From contig JAJDXE010000004.1 of assembly GCA_022825265.1 (NCBI GenBank), forward strand, positions 42,343 to 106,342: DNA of 64,000 bases. Direction: 5' to 3'. This DNA is from Dehalococcoidia bacterium. Lineage in GTDB: Bacteria > Chloroflexota > Dehalococcoidia > Bin125. Numbering within the stretch: the first letter of the stretch is position 1; the number at the start of each line of letters is the position of its first letter. Below the pieces are notes generated by a model, which made no database searches, was not told the DNA's origin, and saw nothing but the letters and a program-made list of their open reading frames with translations. Positions 1 through 9,232 of the stretch are shown one piece after another. The translations under genes and the position numbers were made by a program.

Positions 1-107
1 CGGCGGCCAGCAGCGGGATGGATGTACCGATTGTCCTCAGCGCGCCGGTGCTGGGCGCGCATATCGGTCCGGGCACGGTTGGGGCCACGGTCCTGCGACG
101 AGCCTGA
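1..107 (+). CDS. 3' end of a DegV-family (fatty-acid-binding) protein, partial. The stop overlaps the recG start (TGATG).
   Basis: Frame 3 translates ...SAPVLGAHIGPGTVGATVLRRA*, which resembles the GxHxGPG C-terminal signature of DegV proteins. degV-recG adjacency is common. Confidence 0.4.
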   Translation, partial: AASSGMDVPIVLSAPVLGAHIGPGTVGATVLRRA

Positions 108-2662
108 TGACCACCCAACGCCGGCCGACCCAGACGCTCCAGTCGATGCTGGCGTTGGAGGACAAGCTCGGCTACGAGGATCGTGCCGTCGCCGGCGGCC
201 TGGACAAGTTCCTGCGCAATGTCCTGCGCGACGGCGACCAGGCGAACTTCTTCAAGCGAATCGTCGCTGCGCTGCCGCAAGAGGGCTACGCCGCGCTCTC
301 CCCGGCAGAGCGTCAACGCTGGGCGGCCGATGTCCGCGCCGCCCTACGCCCCGGAGCCGCTCCAAAGGGCTCCAGACGATCAGATAAACCAGGAATCGCC
401 AGGACTGTCTCGGACTCTGCAGGAAAGAATCGGGAACAATCCAGGACAAATCTGGACAAATCTGGACAAATTCGGACACCAAAGCGCACGAAATCCAGTC
501 GTAGACGCCCCGCAGCCACATTCGACGACGAAAATCCCCTCGCCCGCGACGTTTCCGTGCTCGGCCGAATCGTTCCCATCTCTCGCAAGGCTCTGACGTC
601 GCTGGGAATCAAGACGATCTACGACCTGCTCTGGCACCTGCCTCGCCGATATGAGGACTGGCGCAACGTGCGAGCCGTCTCCGAGGCGCTGGAGGGAATC
701 GAGCTGACGATCGTCGGCGAAATCGCCAGCATCGGCGTCAAGTACCTGCGCGGAGGCCGCGCGGCCACTGAAGCAATCGTGCGCGACGGCTCGGGCAGCC
801 TGCGTGTCTGGTGGTGGCAGCAGCCCTACCTGGCGCGAACGCTGAAGCAAGGCATGCGGGTTGGCTTGTCGGGCAAGATCGAGATTCGCGGCCGTCAGTT
901 GCAGATGGTCTCGCCGGAGTGGGAACGGCTCGACGATCCTGACGACGACACCGTCCACGTCGGCCGGCTCTCGCCGGTCTATCCCAGGACAAAGGGTCTG
1001 CCGAACCGAACGATTCGTCGGCTCGCGCACGCCGCGGTCCGCGACTATCTGCCAATGCTGGCCGAGTCTCTGCCGCCGCAGATCGTCTCGGAACAACGAT
1101 TCCCCTCGGAAGCCGAGGCCCTCCGAGTCATTCACTTCCCCGACCGACTGGAGGATGTCGACACCGCCAAAGAGCGCATCGCATTCCAGGAGCTGCTCTC
1201 GATCCAGTTGGCGGTGCTGTCGCGCAAGCGCGAGGCGAGACTGCGCGCCGACGCGCCCCCGATTCCGATGCCGGGCGACTTTCTCGACAAGTTCCTCGGT
1301 GCGCTGCCGTTCGAGCTGACCACGGCGCAGCAGCGCGTACTGACCGAGATTCGCAACGACATGTTCCGCCGCGAACCAATGGCTCGCTTGCTGCAGGGCG
1401 ACGTCGGCTCAGGCAAGACGGTCGTCGCCGCGGCTGCGATGCTGGCCGCGGTGCGGGCCGGCCACCAGACGGTCCTGATGGCGCCGACCGAAGTGTTGGC
1501 CTCGCAGCATTACGAGACCTTCCAGCAACTCTTCGCAGGCAAGGAGCACTCAGCTGGCGAACAACTCTGGTACGACTTCAGCCTCGCCCCGGCGCTGGGG
1601 CGGCCGGTGCGGATGGCGCTGCTGACCGGCAGCGTGCGCGCCGCGCGCAAGCGACAGATTCACCAGGAGATGGAGTCGGGCATGCTCGACCTGGTGGTCG
1701 GCACGCACGCACTGATCCAGGAGAGCGCCAACTTCAACGACCTTGGCCTGGCCGTCGTCGACGAGCAGCACCGCTTCGGCGTGCTCCAGCGAGACGCCCT
1801 GCGCAGCAAGGGTCGCAGCCCCCACCTGCTTGTCATGACGGCCACGCCAATCCCGCGCACGCTGGCACTGACGGTCTACGGCGAGCTTGATTCCTCAGTC
1901 ATCGACGAACTGCCTCCAGGTAGGCAGCGAGTGCGTACGCAGATTGTTGAACCGTCGCAGCGCGAGGAGATTGTCTACTCGCGCATTCTTGAAGAAGCGC
2001 GGCAGGGCCGACAGACATTCGTGATCTGCCCGCTGGTCGAAGAGTCGGACAAGCTCGAAGCCGAGGCGGCGACCGAGCAGTACGAGTTTCTACGCACCGG
2101 CCCGTTGCGCGAACTGGCGCCCAGGATCCGCCTGCTGCACGGCCGCATGTCGTCCGACGAGAAGCGGTCCGTCATGGCCGATCTGTCGAGCGGCGACGCC
2201 GACGTGCTGGTCTCGACCATTGTGGTTGAAGTCGGGGTGGATCTGCCCAGGGCAACGGTGATGGTGATTGAAGGGGCCGAACGCTTTGGTCTGGCCCAGC
2301 TCCACCAGTTGCGTGGCCGCGTGGGTCGCAGCGATCTGCCGTCGGTCTGCTATCTGATCTCAGATACGGATGTCGAACAGAGTCAGCGGCGCCTGGACCT
2401 GATGGTCCAGGCATCGGATGGGTTTGTATTGGCCGAGGCCGACCTAGAAATGCGCGGACCGGGCGAGTACTTCGGCACGCGGCAATCTGGGCTGCCGGAG
2501 CTGCGCGTCGCCAAGCTGACCGATCATGGGACGCTCAACCTCGCCCGAAACTGGGCTAACCGCATCCTGGACGATGATCCGCATCTCCGGGCGCCGGAAC
2601 ACCGCCTCCTACGCACCCGGGCGGAGAGTCTGAATGTGTCGGGCGCGACGGCCGTGCACTGA
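107..2662 (+). CDS. recG: ATP-dependent DNA helicase RecG with a ~140 aa N-terminal extension and a basic low-complexity linker.
   Basis: Wedge-domain start LPRRYEDW. Walker A GDVGSGKT, DEQH box (VVDEQHRFGV) and helicase C motifs are present. 851 aa. Confidence 0.9.
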   Translation: MTTQRRPTQTLQSMLALEDKLGYEDRAVAGGLDKFLRNVLRDGDQANFFKRIVAALPQEGYAALSPAERQRWAADVRAALRPGAAPKGSRRSDKPGIARTVSDSAGKNREQSRTNLDKSGQIRTPKRTKSSRRRPAATFDDENPLARDVSVLGRIVPISRKALTSLGIKTIYDLLWHLPRRYEDWRNVRAVSEALEGIELTIVGEIASIGVKYLRGGRAATEAIVRDGSGSLRVWWWQQPYLARTLKQGMRVGLSGKIEIRGRQLQMVSPEWERLDDPDDDTVHVGRLSPVYPRTKGLPNRTIRRLAHAAVRDYLPMLAESLPPQIVSEQRFPSEAEALRVIHFPDRLEDVDTAKERIAFQELLSIQLAVLSRKREARLRADAPPIPMPGDFLDKFLGALPFELTTAQQRVLTEIRNDMFRREPMARLLQGDVGSGKTVVAAAAMLAAVRAGHQTVLMAPTEVLASQHYETFQQLFAGKEHSAGEQLWYDFSLAPALGRPVRMALLTGSVRAARKRQIHQEMESGMLDLVVGTHALIQESANFNDLGLAVVDEQHRFGVLQRDALRSKGRSPHLLVMTATPIPRTLALTVYGELDSSVIDELPPGRQRVRTQIVEPSQREEIVYSRILEEARQGRQTFVICPLVEESDKLEAEAATEQYEFLRTGPLRELAPRIRLLHGRMSSDEKRSVMADLSSGDADVLVSTIVVEVGVDLPRATVMVIEGAERFGLAQLHQLRGRVGRSDLPSVCYLISDTDVEQSQRRLDLMVQASDGFVLAEADLEMRGPGEYFGTRQSGLPELRVAKLTDHGTLNLARNWANRILDDDPHLRAPEHRLLRTRAESLNVSGATAVH
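444..478 (+). repeat. 10-bp tandem repeat (GGACAAATCT x about 3.5) inside the recG N-terminal linker.
   Basis: Direct read: ggacaaatct ggacaaatct ggacaaattc ggaca. It encodes ...NLDKSGQIRT... within a basic disordered linker. Confidence 0.6.
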
Positions 2663-2783
2663 GCCGCGCCATACCGTTCCAAACTCTGGCGAGCACTATC
2701 CTGCATCTTTGGCCTCGGAGCGCCTAATGTGAGATCCGGGCCACCACCGACTTGGCTCGGCAAACTGGGAGTGTGACTACGAC

Positions 2784-4466
2784 ATGGCGCGTGCGACGAG
2801 AGATCTCGTAGGCGAGCTGGTTCGCAATGCCCTTGAGCTGGCGCAGGCCGAGCAGGCTCTGCCGCCGATCCCACCGATCGAACTGCGAATCGAGCGGCCC
2901 AAGGAGCGGGAGCACGGCGATTACTCCTGCAATGTCGCGCTCAGGCTGGCCAGCGCGGTGCGGATGGCGCCGATGGATGTCGCCGAAGCGATCGCCCAGC
3001 GGATTCTGCCGACCGAGCCGATTGCCAGCGTTGATGTCGCCCGGCCGGGATTCATCAACATCACGCTCGACGCCGAGTGGCAGCGCGGACAGCTGCTCTC
3101 AGTGATCGACGCGGGCGACCAATGGGGTCGCGTTGATCTGGGCGTGGAGCATCGGGTGCAGGTTGAGTTCGTCTCGGCCAATCCGACCGGTCCGCTGCAA
3201 GTCGGCAACGGACGCGGAGCGGTGCTGGGCGACGCCCTGGCATCGATCCTCGATGCGGCTGGCTACGAGGTTGAGCGCGAGTACTACGTCAACGACGCCG
3301 GGGCGCAGATTCGGCTCTTCGGGCGAACCCTGTTCGCTCGCTATCAGCAGCAGTTTGGACGCGAGGTCCCCTTGCCCGATGGCGGGTACCAGGGCGCATA
3401 CATGATCGACGTAGCGAAGCAACTGAAGGATGAGTCGGGCGACCGCTGGTTGGACAGCAGCGACGATCCGCCGTCCGACCTCTCCGAGCGCGGTTTGCAG
3501 CTCATGGTTGAGCAGATCCGCGGCGATCTGGCATTGCTTCGAGTTGAGTTCGACCAGTGGCAGCGCGAGTCGGCGCTGTACAACGGTAGCGACGGAACAT
3601 CGACGTACGACGTAGCGATGGGTCGGCTGCGCGATGGGTCGTTCGTGATCGAGAAGGAAGGCGCGGTCTGGTTCCGCTCGGAGGATCTGGGCGAGGACAA
3701 GGACAACGTCCTGATTCGCTCTTCCGGAGAGCCGACCTACTTTGCCTCGGATGTTGCCTACCACTACGACAAGTTCCTGACGCGCGGGTTCGACACCGTG
3801 ATCGACGTCTGGGGCGCGGACCACCAGGGTCATGTCGCGCGGACCAAGGCGGCGGTCTCTGCCGTCGGCGGCGACGGCGAGGCGCTGGAGGTGCTGCTCT
3901 ACCAGCTCGTGCATCTGCGACGTGGCGACGAGCGGGTGCGGATGTCGAAGCGTACCGGGGAGATCGTTACGCTGCGCGAGCTGATCGAGGAAGTCGGGGC
4001 CGACGCTGCGCGGTTCTTCATGTTGCAGCGATCGGCCGACGCGCAGATGGACTTCGACCTGGAGGCGGCGGCCTCGGCCGACCCTCGGCAGAACCCGGCG
4101 TCGTACGTCAAGTACGCGCACGCCCGCTGCGCCAGCGTCATGCGCACGGCGGCTGAGGCCGGACTGTCGGCATCGTCTGACCATCTCGACCTGCTGACGA
4201 CCGAGCAGGAGACTCTACTGATCGGCGAGATTTTGCGCTTGCCGGAGCTGGTGGCGGACATGGCGGCGAGGCGCGAACCGCACCATCTGACCTACTACGC
4301 ACAGAGCCTGGCCCAGGCGTTCACCCAGTTCTACGACGCGCATCGGATCGTCTTGCCGGAGGAGGCGGAACGGTCGGGCGCGCGTCTGACCCTCACCCAG
4401 GCTTCGCAGGCGGCGTTGGCGGCGACGCTGCGCATGATCGGCGTTGACGCGCCGGACGAGATGTAA
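2784..4466 (+). CDS. argS: Arginine--tRNA ligase.
   Basis: 560 aa. The class-I HIGH region is degenerate, as usual for ArgS (SANPTGPLQVGNGRGAVLGD). The C-terminal anticodon-binding region is typical. GGGAG lies ~11 nt upstream of the ATG. Confidence 0.9.
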   Translation: MARATRDLVGELVRNALELAQAEQALPPIPPIELRIERPKEREHGDYSCNVALRLASAVRMAPMDVAEAIAQRILPTEPIASVDVARPGFINITLDAEWQRGQLLSVIDAGDQWGRVDLGVEHRVQVEFVSANPTGPLQVGNGRGAVLGDALASILDAAGYEVEREYYVNDAGAQIRLFGRTLFARYQQQFGREVPLPDGGYQGAYMIDVAKQLKDESGDRWLDSSDDPPSDLSERGLQLMVEQIRGDLALLRVEFDQWQRESALYNGSDGTSTYDVAMGRLRDGSFVIEKEGAVWFRSEDLGEDKDNVLIRSSGEPTYFASDVAYHYDKFLTRGFDTVIDVWGADHQGHVARTKAAVSAVGGDGEALEVLLYQLVHLRRGDERVRMSKRTGEIVTLRELIEEVGADAARFFMLQRSADAQMDFDLEAAASADPRQNPASYVKYAHARCASVMRTAAEAGLSASSDHLDLLTTEQETLLIGEILRLPELVADMAARREPHHLTYYAQSLAQAFTQFYDAHRIVLPEEAERSGARLTLTQASQAALAATLRMIGVDAPDEM

Positions 4467-4485
4467 GACTTCGGAGGATTCCACC

Positions 4486-5487
4486 ATGCAGGATCGCGTC
4501 TTCGCGGGGATCCGCGCGACCGGCCGACAGCACATCGGCAACTACCTCGGCGCGATCCAGAACTTCGTCGCGCTGCAGGACAAGTACGAGTGCATCTACT
4601 CGATCGTCGACCTGCATTCGCTGACGACGTTGACCGAGACCGAGCAACTCCGCGACCACGTGCGCGAGACGGCGCTCGACCTGCTCGCGGCGGGCATCCG
4701 TCCCGAGGAGACGATTCTGTACGCGCAGAGTCACGTGCCCGAGATCTCCGAGCTGCACCTCTTGCTCTCGATGGTCACGCCGATTGGCCGATTGATGAAT
4801 GTGCCGACGTTCAAGGAGAAAGCCAAGTCGCAGCCTGAGAACGTCAACTATGGGCTGGTTGGATATCCGGTGCTGCAGACGGCCGACATTGTTCTGTATC
4901 GGGCCAACAAGGTGCCGGTTGGCGAGGATCAGTTGCCTCATCTCGAGTTGGCTCGTGAGATTGTGCGGCGGTTCAACAACATCTTCGGCGACACGTTTCC
5001 GGAGCCTGAGGCTGAGCTGACCAGCGCGCCGATGGTGTTGGGTTTCGACAACCGCAAGATGTCGAAGTCGTACGGCAACGCGGTCGATATGGCGGCGACG
5101 CCGGAGGAGACGTTCCAGGCGATCCGCTCGGCGATCACCGATCCTCAGCGCGTGCGCCGTAATGATCCGGGACGTCCGGAGGTCTGCAACGTGTACTCGC
5201 TGCACGGGTTCTTTGGGCCGGAGAAGCAGGCTGAGGTTGCTCCAGCTTGCCGCAGCGCGGAGATTGGCTGCGTTGATTGCAAGAAGATGTTGGCGGAGTC
5301 GGTGAACGACTACTTTGCTCCGATGCGCGCTCGGCGGGAGGAGCTGGCGGCAGATCCCGACGCCGTGGACGAGATCCTGATTGACGGCGCTCGCCGGGCA
5401 CGGGTGATCGCGGCTGAGGTTTTGGCCGACGTCAAGGCGGCGATCGGGTTGCCGGCGTCGTTGCCTGAGGTGTCGAACGTCTCGTAG
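4486..5487 (+). CDS. trpS: Tryptophan--tRNA ligase.
   Basis: N-terminus FAGIRATGRQHIGNYLGAIQNFV and the KMSKS motif are present. Start refined to the ATG at 4486, preceded by GGAGG at 4473-4477. The track ORF at 4444 would overlap the argS stop. Confidence 0.9.
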   Translation: MQDRVFAGIRATGRQHIGNYLGAIQNFVALQDKYECIYSIVDLHSLTTLTETEQLRDHVRETALDLLAAGIRPEETILYAQSHVPEISELHLLLSMVTPIGRLMNVPTFKEKAKSQPENVNYGLVGYPVLQTADIVLYRANKVPVGEDQLPHLELAREIVRRFNNIFGDTFPEPEAELTSAPMVLGFDNRKMSKSYGNAVDMAATPEETFQAIRSAITDPQRVRRNDPGRPEVCNVYSLHGFFGPEKQAEVAPACRSAEIGCVDCKKMLAESVNDYFAPMRARREELAADPDAVDEILIDGARRARVIAAEVLADVKAAIGLPASLPEVSNVS

Positions 5488-5495
5488 CTGCCGGC

Positions 5496-5524
5496 GTCAT
5501 ACCCACGACGAGCGCGGGTATGAC
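5496..5524. terminator. Hairpin between convergent trpS and the nitroreductase gene, probably a bidirectional terminator.
   Basis: gtcataccc-(11 nt loop)-gggtatgac is a perfect 9-bp inverted repeat lying 9 nt after the trpS stop. Confidence 0.5.
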
Positions 5525-5536
5525 TCGCCTCGTGGA

Positions 5537-5998
5537 CTACTTCCGCTCGAGGACGACGATTGGGATTTGGCGGCCTGCGCCTCCGGCTCGGATGGCGTAG
5601 TCGAGGTAGGGGGCGAAGTCCTTGGCCATCATCGCGTAGAGCTTGTCCCGCTCGGCGCCTTCGGCGGTTCGTGCGGTGGCTTCAAACTGCTCAGTGCCGA
5701 CCATGAGTTGGACATCGGGATTGGCGTCGAGGTTGAGGTACCAGGCCGGGTGGCTTCTCGCGCCGCCCTTGCTGGCGACGATCACGTAGGCGTCGTCGGC
5801 CTCGCCGTAGATCAGCGGCAGCGTCCGCCACTGTCCCGACCGTCGCCCCTGGGTCGCCAACAGCAGACAGGGGATCGAGCCGGAGCCGTCAGGGCGGTCC
5901 CACATGTGGCCTTCTTCGCCGCCTGAGCCGAGGTACTGCTCGGTGTGCTCGCGGATCCAGTCGGGGAGGCTGGGGTCGACGGTGAAGATGTCGGACAT
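5537..5998 (-). CDS. Nitroreductase-family deazaflavin (F420)-dependent oxidoreductase (DUF385 / Ddn-like).
   Basis: 153 aa. Size and sequence (…WYLNLDANPDVQL…) are typical of the F420H2-dependent nitroreductase/quinone reductase family. Confidence 0.6.
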   Translation of the reverse strand: MSDIFTVDPSLPDWIREHTEQYLGSGGEEGHMWDRPDGSGSIPCLLLATQGRRSGQWRTLPLIYGEADDAYVIVASKGGARSHPAWYLNLDANPDVQLMVGTEQFEATARTAEGAERDKLYAMMAKDFAPYLDYAIRAGGAGRQIPIVVLERK

Positions 5999-6042
5999 GC
6001 TGGTTCTCGTTTCTTGCGCGGCGTGCTCGATTGGGGTGGAGT

Positions 6043-7611
6043 CTAAGGCCGGACGCCTGCCTTGCCCTTGACGCCGAGGTTGGCCGAGATGGTTTCGTAG
6101 GCGTGCTCGAGGAAGCGGTGGATGTGGGAGCGGGTCTGGCGTGGGTCGATGATGTCTTCGATGCCGAAGGCTTCGGCGGTGCGGAAGGGGTTGCGGAACT
6201 GGAGCAGGTGTTCTTCGAGCTCTCGGCGGCGCTTGTCGGGGTCGGGTGCGCTTTCGATCTCGCGTCGGTAGGCGGCGGCGACGCCGCCCTCGATCGGGAT
6301 TGATCCCCAGTCGCCGGAGGGCCAGCCGACTCGATAGTTGATCGTGCCGACGTTGGCGGTGGCCTGGCCGGCCATGCCGTAGTTCTTTCGGGTGATCACG
6401 GTGAAGACGGGCACGGTGGCGAGGTAGGTCGCCCAGTAGGCGCGCATCCCGTGACGGAGCGTGCCGGTTGCTTCGGCTTGCGGGCCGAGCATGAAGCCGG
6501 GCACGTCGGCGATGAAGACGATGGGGATGTGGAAGTGGTCGCAGAGTTCGACGAAGTGACCCTGCTTGTCGGCCGAGTCGGCCGTCATCGCACCGGCAAG
6601 CATGCTGGGGTTGTTGGCCACGATGCCGACGACATACCCGCCGACGCGGGCGAAGAGGGTGTGGACGGTGGTGCCGAACTCGGGCTTGATCTCGAAGAAC
6701 TCGCCGTCGTCGACCAGCATCTTGACCAGCTTGAGCATGTTGTAGGGGCGGGTGCGCTTGCGTGGGATGATGCTGAGCAGCGCTTCTTCTTCGCGGTCGG
6801 GCGGGTCGTCGGTGGGCTTGAACGGCGGTTGCTGGTAGACGTTCTGCGGCATGTAGCTGAGGAACGCCTTCATCTGCTCGATGGCGTCGCGCTCGTCGAT
6901 GGCTCGGTTGTCGATTGCGCCTGACTGGGCGACGTGGATGTTTGGTCCGCCGAGCTCGTCCTTGGTGATTTCCTGGCCGAGGGCTCGCTTGACCAGCGGC
7001 GGGCCTCCGGCGAAGAGGGCGCCCTGGGGGGTCATGACGGTGAAGTGACCGAGCATGGCTCGGGCGGCGACGCCGCCGGCGGTAGCTCCGGCGACACCGA
7101 AGATCAGCGGCACCTCCTGCCCGGCGCGGATGTCGGGTCCGAAGACGTCGAAGCTGCTGGGCAGGTGTCCGTGGCCGTCGCCTTCGGCGGCGACGTTGGC
7201 GCCAGCGCCCTCGTGGAAGACGAAGAGGGGGACTCGGTACTCGCGGGCCATGTCGGCGAGGAAGAGGCTCTTGAAGCGTTCCTGGGTGCTGATGTCGGCT
7301 GCACCGCCTCCGACGGTGAAGTCTTCGCCGCCGACGACGACGGAGCGGCCGTCGATCTTGGCGAGGCCGCCGATGTAGGGGAGGGGCTTGAAGTCCTTGA
7401 ACTCGCGATCTTCGTAGGCTCCGTAGCCGGCGAGTCCGCCGATTTCGTGGAAGCTGCCGGGGTCGACGAGGGCGTCGATGCGTTCGCGGATGGTGAGCTT
7501 GCCCAGTTCTCGCTGGCGGTTGACGCGTTCTTCGCCGCCCATCTTGAGGGCGAGCTTGCGGCGCAGGTTGAGTTCGTCGACTTCGGGTTGCCAGTTGGTC
7601 GGTTCGGACAT
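6043..7611 (-). CDS. Acyl-CoA carboxylase carboxyltransferase (beta) subunit, propionyl-/methylmalonyl-CoA type.
   Basis: 522 aa. N-terminus ...RRKLALKMGGEERVNRQRELGKLTIRERIDALVDPGSFHEIG is typical, and two crotonase-like CT half-domains are present. Confidence 0.85.
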   Translation of the reverse strand: MSEPTNWQPEVDELNLRRKLALKMGGEERVNRQRELGKLTIRERIDALVDPGSFHEIGGLAGYGAYEDREFKDFKPLPYIGGLAKIDGRSVVVGGEDFTVGGGAADISTQERFKSLFLADMAREYRVPLFVFHEGAGANVAAEGDGHGHLPSSFDVFGPDIRAGQEVPLIFGVAGATAGGVAARAMLGHFTVMTPQGALFAGGPPLVKRALGQEITKDELGGPNIHVAQSGAIDNRAIDERDAIEQMKAFLSYMPQNVYQQPPFKPTDDPPDREEEALLSIIPRKRTRPYNMLKLVKMLVDDGEFFEIKPEFGTTVHTLFARVGGYVVGIVANNPSMLAGAMTADSADKQGHFVELCDHFHIPIVFIADVPGFMLGPQAEATGTLRHGMRAYWATYLATVPVFTVITRKNYGMAGQATANVGTINYRVGWPSGDWGSIPIEGGVAAAYRREIESAPDPDKRRRELEEHLLQFRNPFRTAEAFGIEDIIDPRQTRSHIHRFLEHAYETISANLGVKGKAGVRP

Positions 7612-7742
7612 CTTGGGCTCCTGGTACTCGGGGTCAACCTAGCAGGGCACGCCAGCCCGACGCGTGGCTCGGGCGTCCCGTCGGGGGGTGGGCTTCAAAG
7701 TTGAGTGATCTGCACTCAAGGGACGAAAAAAAGAAACGGGTA

Positions 7743-8015
7743 TTAGAGCGGTTCGGTCTCTTCCTCGGCTTCTTCTTCGTCGGCGGTCGAGCTGGGTCCA
7801 TGGATGATGGCCATGACTTCGTCGATTGCCTGCTCGATCTTTTGCGCGTTGCGGCCGGCGAAATCAGTCGCGGGCCGGGGGCAGTCCATGCCGAGGATGC
7901 GGGCCATGAGCTTGAGCGCGCCGAGGCGGACGTATGGGGCGGCGTTGGCGGCGAGGTCGCTGATGGCGTCGCGGACGGCCTGAGGTTCGAAGGGAATGGG
8001 CGGGTTGCGAAGCAT
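7743..8015 (-). CDS. Hypothetical small protein with an acidic tail, encoded immediately upstream of the carboxyltransferase on the same strand.
   Basis: ORF with start refined to MLRNPPIPFEPQ..., with GGAGA 8 nt upstream. 90 aa, ending in a DEEEAEEETEPL tail. No recognisable family. Confidence 0.35.
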   Translation of the reverse strand: MLRNPPIPFEPQAVRDAISDLAANAAPYVRLGALKLMARILGMDCPRPATDFAGRNAQKIEQAIDEVMAIIHGPSSTADEEEAEEETEPL

Positions 8016-8174
8016 GATGTTGTCTCCTGTTTCTGTCGCTGCGGACGAAGGCTGCACGCGGACGCGGCATGCCAACACGGCATGCCAACGCTGCCAATGA
8101 AGTCTCCAGGAACAACTGTAGCGAACGAGAGTTCTGTCAGGAGTGCAGGTTCAGAGGTGGACGTAAACGGGGAC

Positions 8175-9200
8175 TCAGGCGGAGGCGGCCGCGCCGAGCC
8201 AGCCGATCAGCAGGAAGGAGAGCATGGGCACGATGAGCCAGCGCTGCAATCGGAGGCGGACCTCGGAGACTCGGCGCATGAGCATCCAGATGCAGAAGAG
8301 TCCGGCGAGGATGAAGTAGAGGAGCGGGCCGAGGAGCCAGGCGAGGTTGCCTCCGGAGAGGTTGATCGAGGCGGCGGCGAGCGCGAGCGCGGCGGCGAGC
8401 ACGGCCCAGGACATGGAGATGGCGGTGTCGATGCCTAACCAATGGAGGACGGAGCGTGAGCCGTCGACATCGTCGATCTCGAAGTCGGGCAGCTTGTAGA
8501 TCATGAAGGTCGCGGCTCCGGTCAGGGCTCCGATGGGGATGACCCAGAGCAGATGGGCGCTGGGGAAGCCCTCGTCGACTGCCTGGATCGCTCCGACCGG
8601 CAGGAGCACGCCGATCAGGGCGAAGGCGAGGAATCCCATGACCGATCCGCGCCAGGCGAGGCTGTAGAGCGTGCTTGCGCCGAGCATGGCGAGTCCGATC
8701 ACGCCGACGCGCCAGTCGGTGAGGAATCCGGCCGTTGCGCCGAGGGCGAAGGGCAGCGAGGCGGCGAGCAGCGCCGACCTGGTAGTGATCTTGCCGGCGG
8801 GGATCGGGCGCATGAGGCGGCTTTTCGCGTCGATCTCGGCGTCGAGCGCGTTACCAATCAGTGCGGCGGCGTAGGAGAAGCCGACGATCATCGATCCGTA
8901 CTGGAACGGGAGTCCCCAGTACAGCGATCCTTCGGCTGCGGTCAGGGTCATCAAGGCGGCCGAGAACAGCAGCCAGGTGCCGGTGGAGGGTCGGCACATC
9001 TCGCCCCAGGCAAAGACGCGGCTGCGGACCAGCTTGACCTGCCAGGGGATTTGCGGCTCGGGCTGGGAGTCGGGTTGAGGGTCGTGATCTGATTGGTTCA
9101 CATCAGGCAGGGTATTCCGAGCCGGTTCTTCCGATGTGCTGCTTACCTGATGTGTACATTCAGTGGAGGAACGGCTGCATATACTCGCAGCCAGCAGCAT
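8175..9200 (-). CDS. UbiA-family aromatic prenyltransferase, integral membrane protein.
   Basis: Asp-rich motif NALDAEIDAKSR is followed by multiple TM helices. The true start may be the ATG at 8999 (MCRPSTGTW...), because the first ~67 codons look non-coding. Confidence 0.75.
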   Translation of the reverse strand: MLLAASICSRSSTECTHQVSSTSEEPARNTLPDVNQSDHDPQPDSQPEPQIPWQVKLVRSRVFAWGEMCRPSTGTWLLFSAALMTLTAAEGSLYWGLPFQYGSMIVGFSYAAALIGNALDAEIDAKSRLMRPIPAGKITTRSALLAASLPFALGATAGFLTDWRVGVIGLAMLGASTLYSLAWRGSVMGFLAFALIGVLLPVGAIQAVDEGFPSAHLLWVIPIGALTGAATFMIYKLPDFEIDDVDGSRSVLHWLGIDTAISMSWAVLAAALALAAASINLSGGNLAWLLGPLLYFILAGLFCIWMLMRRVSEVRLRLQRWLIVPMLSFLLIGWLGAAASA

Positions 9201-9232
9201 TCGTTTAGCACGAAGCAGGACAGGAGCACCCG

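Noticed and set aside
2663-2783. T-box leader upstream of argS/trpS.
   Set aside because: Only ~120 nt precede argS, with no specifier/T-box consensus (AATTAGGGTGGNACCGCG-like). trpS is translationally contiguous with argS.
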